Shown piece by piece: positions 61,177 through 64,000 of a stretch of DNA of 64,000 bases. The stretch lies in the NCBI GenBank assembly GCA_030390025.1, contig CM059431.1, positions 144,338,001-144,402,000 of the forward strand, read 5' to 3'. The notes beneath the pieces were generated by a model. It searched no databases. It was not told where the DNA came from and saw only the letters and a program-made list of their open reading frames with translations. This stretch comes from Squalus acanthias. Its lineage: Eukaryota. The position numbers were made by a program, and so were the translations under genes. Position 1 is the stretch's first letter. Every line of letters begins with the position of its first letter.

Positions 61177-64000
61177 TCCCCTTGTACATAGAATTACACA
61201 GAACTTACAGCCCAGAAACAGGACATTCACCCAACTCGTCTGTGCAGCTGATTATGCTCCACACGAGCCTCCTCCCACAATTCTTCATCTCAGCATATCA
61301 GATATCCTTCTATTCCTTTCTCCCTCATGTGTTTTTTCTAGATTCCCCTTAAATGCAGCTATGCTATTCGCCTCAACTCGTTGTGCTAGTGAGTTCCACA
61401 ATCTAACCGCTCTATAAGTAAACGAGATTTATCCTAAATTGCCTATTGGATTTATTAGTGACTCTCTTATGGTTATGGATCCTAGTCTTTGTCTTCCCCA
61501 CAAGTGGAAAAATCTTCTATACGTCTACCATGTGGAAAACCTTTCATAATGAGCTCTATTAGTTCATCTCTCTGCCTTGTCATTTCTCGAGCATAAAGCC
61601 CTTGTCTGTTCGATCATTCCCTATAGTTATACCATTTCATTTCTGGTAACAGCTGGTATTAACAATCCTGACATTCTCATGGCGTGGGTGGAGGGTTAGA
61701 TGGTGGTGATAGATTTTCAGCTGGAACATCTGCCCTTCAGCTATCAACTTGACGAGACGCAGGGCGGAACACCGTGCGGGGATGATCTCTCACTGGTAAA
61801 ACAAAATGCCCCCATGTCCTACGCGGAGCCCTGCCAAGGCGATGCTTAATTCCGGGGATACTGACCTAAATCCAACCCCACCCCGCACCCCGCTCCGCGC
61901 ACCATACCGAGTATTAAAATGGAATTAGGAAATCAGGCTCGTCAATCGGGTCTCGTTTGTCTCTGTCGTGAATGTCTGGCCCTGCCGTTAGCTATATTTG
62001 TGTTTGACATGTTACCTCCAGACTCAACTATTCTAATGCTCCCCTGGCCGGCTTCCCACAGTGCACCCTCCATAAATTTGAAGTTATGTGGGCCAATCAT
62101 CCCAGTGTTTGCAAACCTAAATTGGCTCCCGGTCCGACAGTGCTTCAATTTTAAATTTCTCATCCTTGTGTTCACATCCCTCCGAAGCCTCGCCCTCAAT
62201 TTCGCTGGAACCTCCTCAAGCCCTGCAAACATCCGAGATTTCTGTGCTCCTCCAATTCTGGCCTCTTGCGCATTCCCAGATTTCCATCTCTCCACCATTG
62301 GTGGCCGTGCCTTCAGTTACCTAGGGCATAAGCTCTGGAACTTTCTCTATATAACTCTCCGCCTCGCTACCTCATTCTCCTTCTTAAGACGCTCCTGAAA
62401 AGCTACCTCTTCGACTAAGCTTTTGGTCACCTGCCCTCTCGCTCCTTATGTGTCTCAGTGTCAAATGTTGTTTCATGAATTATGTAAAGCCGCCTGAGAC
62501 GTTTTACTAAGTTAAAGACGCTATATAAATGCAAATTGTTGTTGTTGTCATCTAAGCAACTGCTTCGTCCTGTGTTTTTTAAGTGTCATTGTGATCAACC
62601 GAAAGAATTTGCAAGCAAACCAATTCGGTCCATTCATGTGGTTTATGCATAATTGCTGCTTTCGCTGTTTTGCTTCTCTTTTCAGATTAAAATCATATGA
62701 AAAAACATAATTACATTCTCTCAGGTTGGAGACTCGCTCTCAAGCTTTGGGAGCTTGGCACCGAGATGGGCCTGCTCGAGGAGGGTGCATTTTACCGAGG
62801 AATGTGAGCCACCTAGCCCCAAGATCTTGCATGCACATAATTTTTCTTTGCTTAGACTTCCTGCTATGTAGGTGTCAGCCGTGGCTCAGTGGGTAGCGAC
62901 TCTCGCCTCCGAATCAGACATCTCGTGTGTTCAAATCCCACCCAAAGACTCGAGCACGAAATGTAGGCCCACACTCGCAGTGCCGGAGCTGAGGGAGTGC
63001 TGCACTTTCGGAGATGTCATTTTTCTGATGAGTTTTTAAATATACTCTCCGTCTATCCTCTGAGGTGGATGTAATTGATCCCAATGTACTATTGGAAGAG
63101 GAAACTGGAGAGTGAAATTAGATTGTCTGACCCACCGTGTCCAGAATCAGAGAGAGGAGCCCATTATCCCCTCTGTCTGGGGCTGGTATTGACCCCAGGT
63201 TCCACAGCGTGAAGGATCAGTGTCTGTCCCACTGCCCCACCCAGTCTCCCATCAACGAGCGGAGCCCTTCAGCCCACTGTCTGGTACTTGACTTGACCAC
63301 AGGTCTTAGAGGGTAAACAGTCAGTTTCTGCTCCATCCCAGTCTCGATTAATGTTTGCAGATTTCCATGATAACTGGAAGTTCGCAGCACAACAGAGCCG
63401 AGCGCTGTAACTAAGCACTTCTATTGAAAGGAGTACAAAACTTAAGCAGGTAATTACAAGTTTCAACCCTCAGAAACCCTCATATTCTCAGGATAAGTGG
63501 TCGGCCAGTTAGCATTGTGATAAGAATACATTTCTTCACTAAGGGGGTTGTGAATCTTCGGAAATCTCGACACCAAAGGGCTGTGGAGGCTCAGTCGTCG
63601 AATATATTCAAGACTGAGTTCAGTAGATTTTTGAACACTACGATAAACAAGGGATTTCAGGATCTGAAGGGAAGGTGGAATTGAGGTAGACGATCAGCCA
63701 TGATCTTATTGAATGGCGGAGAAGGCTCGAAGGGCCGTATGGCCTACTCCAGCTCTTAATTCTTATGTTCTGATGTTCTTAAACGCCATTGTATCAGAAA
63801 GCAGAAACACAGTCAGGCAGTATTATACATTCTATTTTTGCATTTGAAATAGATTGTCAGGAGCTCATGGATCAAGCTGTAAAAATTCTGAAGGAACTGT
63901 CAGCCGATGATCTGAAGAATTTCAGACAATTACTGGGAGATAAGGGAATCCCGGCTGGGCAAATCGAGAATGCTGACGCTTGTAAACTGGCAGAGCTGAT
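61177..64000. repeat. Inverted segmental duplication, right arm
   Basis: Reverse complement of 25582-28660, without the 28005-28246 insertion. Confidence 0.95.
63867..64000 (+). CDS. Pyrin-domain protein, first coding exon (cut by the window edge)
   Basis: ATG at 63867 after AG acceptors (63852 and 63860); open frame MDQAVKILKELSADDLKNFRQLLGDKGIPAGQIENADACKLAEL; paralogue of 25488-25714. Confidence 0.8.
   Translation, partial: MDQAVKILKELSADDLKNFRQLLGDKGIPAGQIENADACKLAEL

Overview
This is vertebrate genomic DNA, most likely a cartilaginous fish (inferred from CR1 LINEs, HE1/Deu-type SINEs and Penelope-like hairpins with hammerhead motifs). Most of it is decayed transposon sequence, plus two minisatellites that grew out of retroposon sequence. 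The main observation is that almost every non-repeat island between the transposons translates, across stops, frameshifts and deletions, into collinear pieces of bunyavirus-order nucleoprotein. About 1.4-36.6 kb holds a dozen or more mutually divergent hantavirid N-like copies, mostly on +. About 36.9-61.2 kb holds about a dozen arenavirid NP-like copies on both strands. No viral polymerase or glycoprotein piece was recognised. An inverted segmental duplication (25582-28660 vs 61177-64000) sits in this array and carries a pyrin-domain (PYD) exon: frameshifted in the left copy, open as far as the window runs in the right copy. All viral assignments are by-eye matches to Hantaan, Sin Nombre, Puumala, Lassa and Junin nucleoprotein sequences recalled from memory, and need tBLASTn/HMM confirmation. 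Transposon and EVE (endogenous viral element) boundaries are approximate unless a target-site duplication (TSD) is given.
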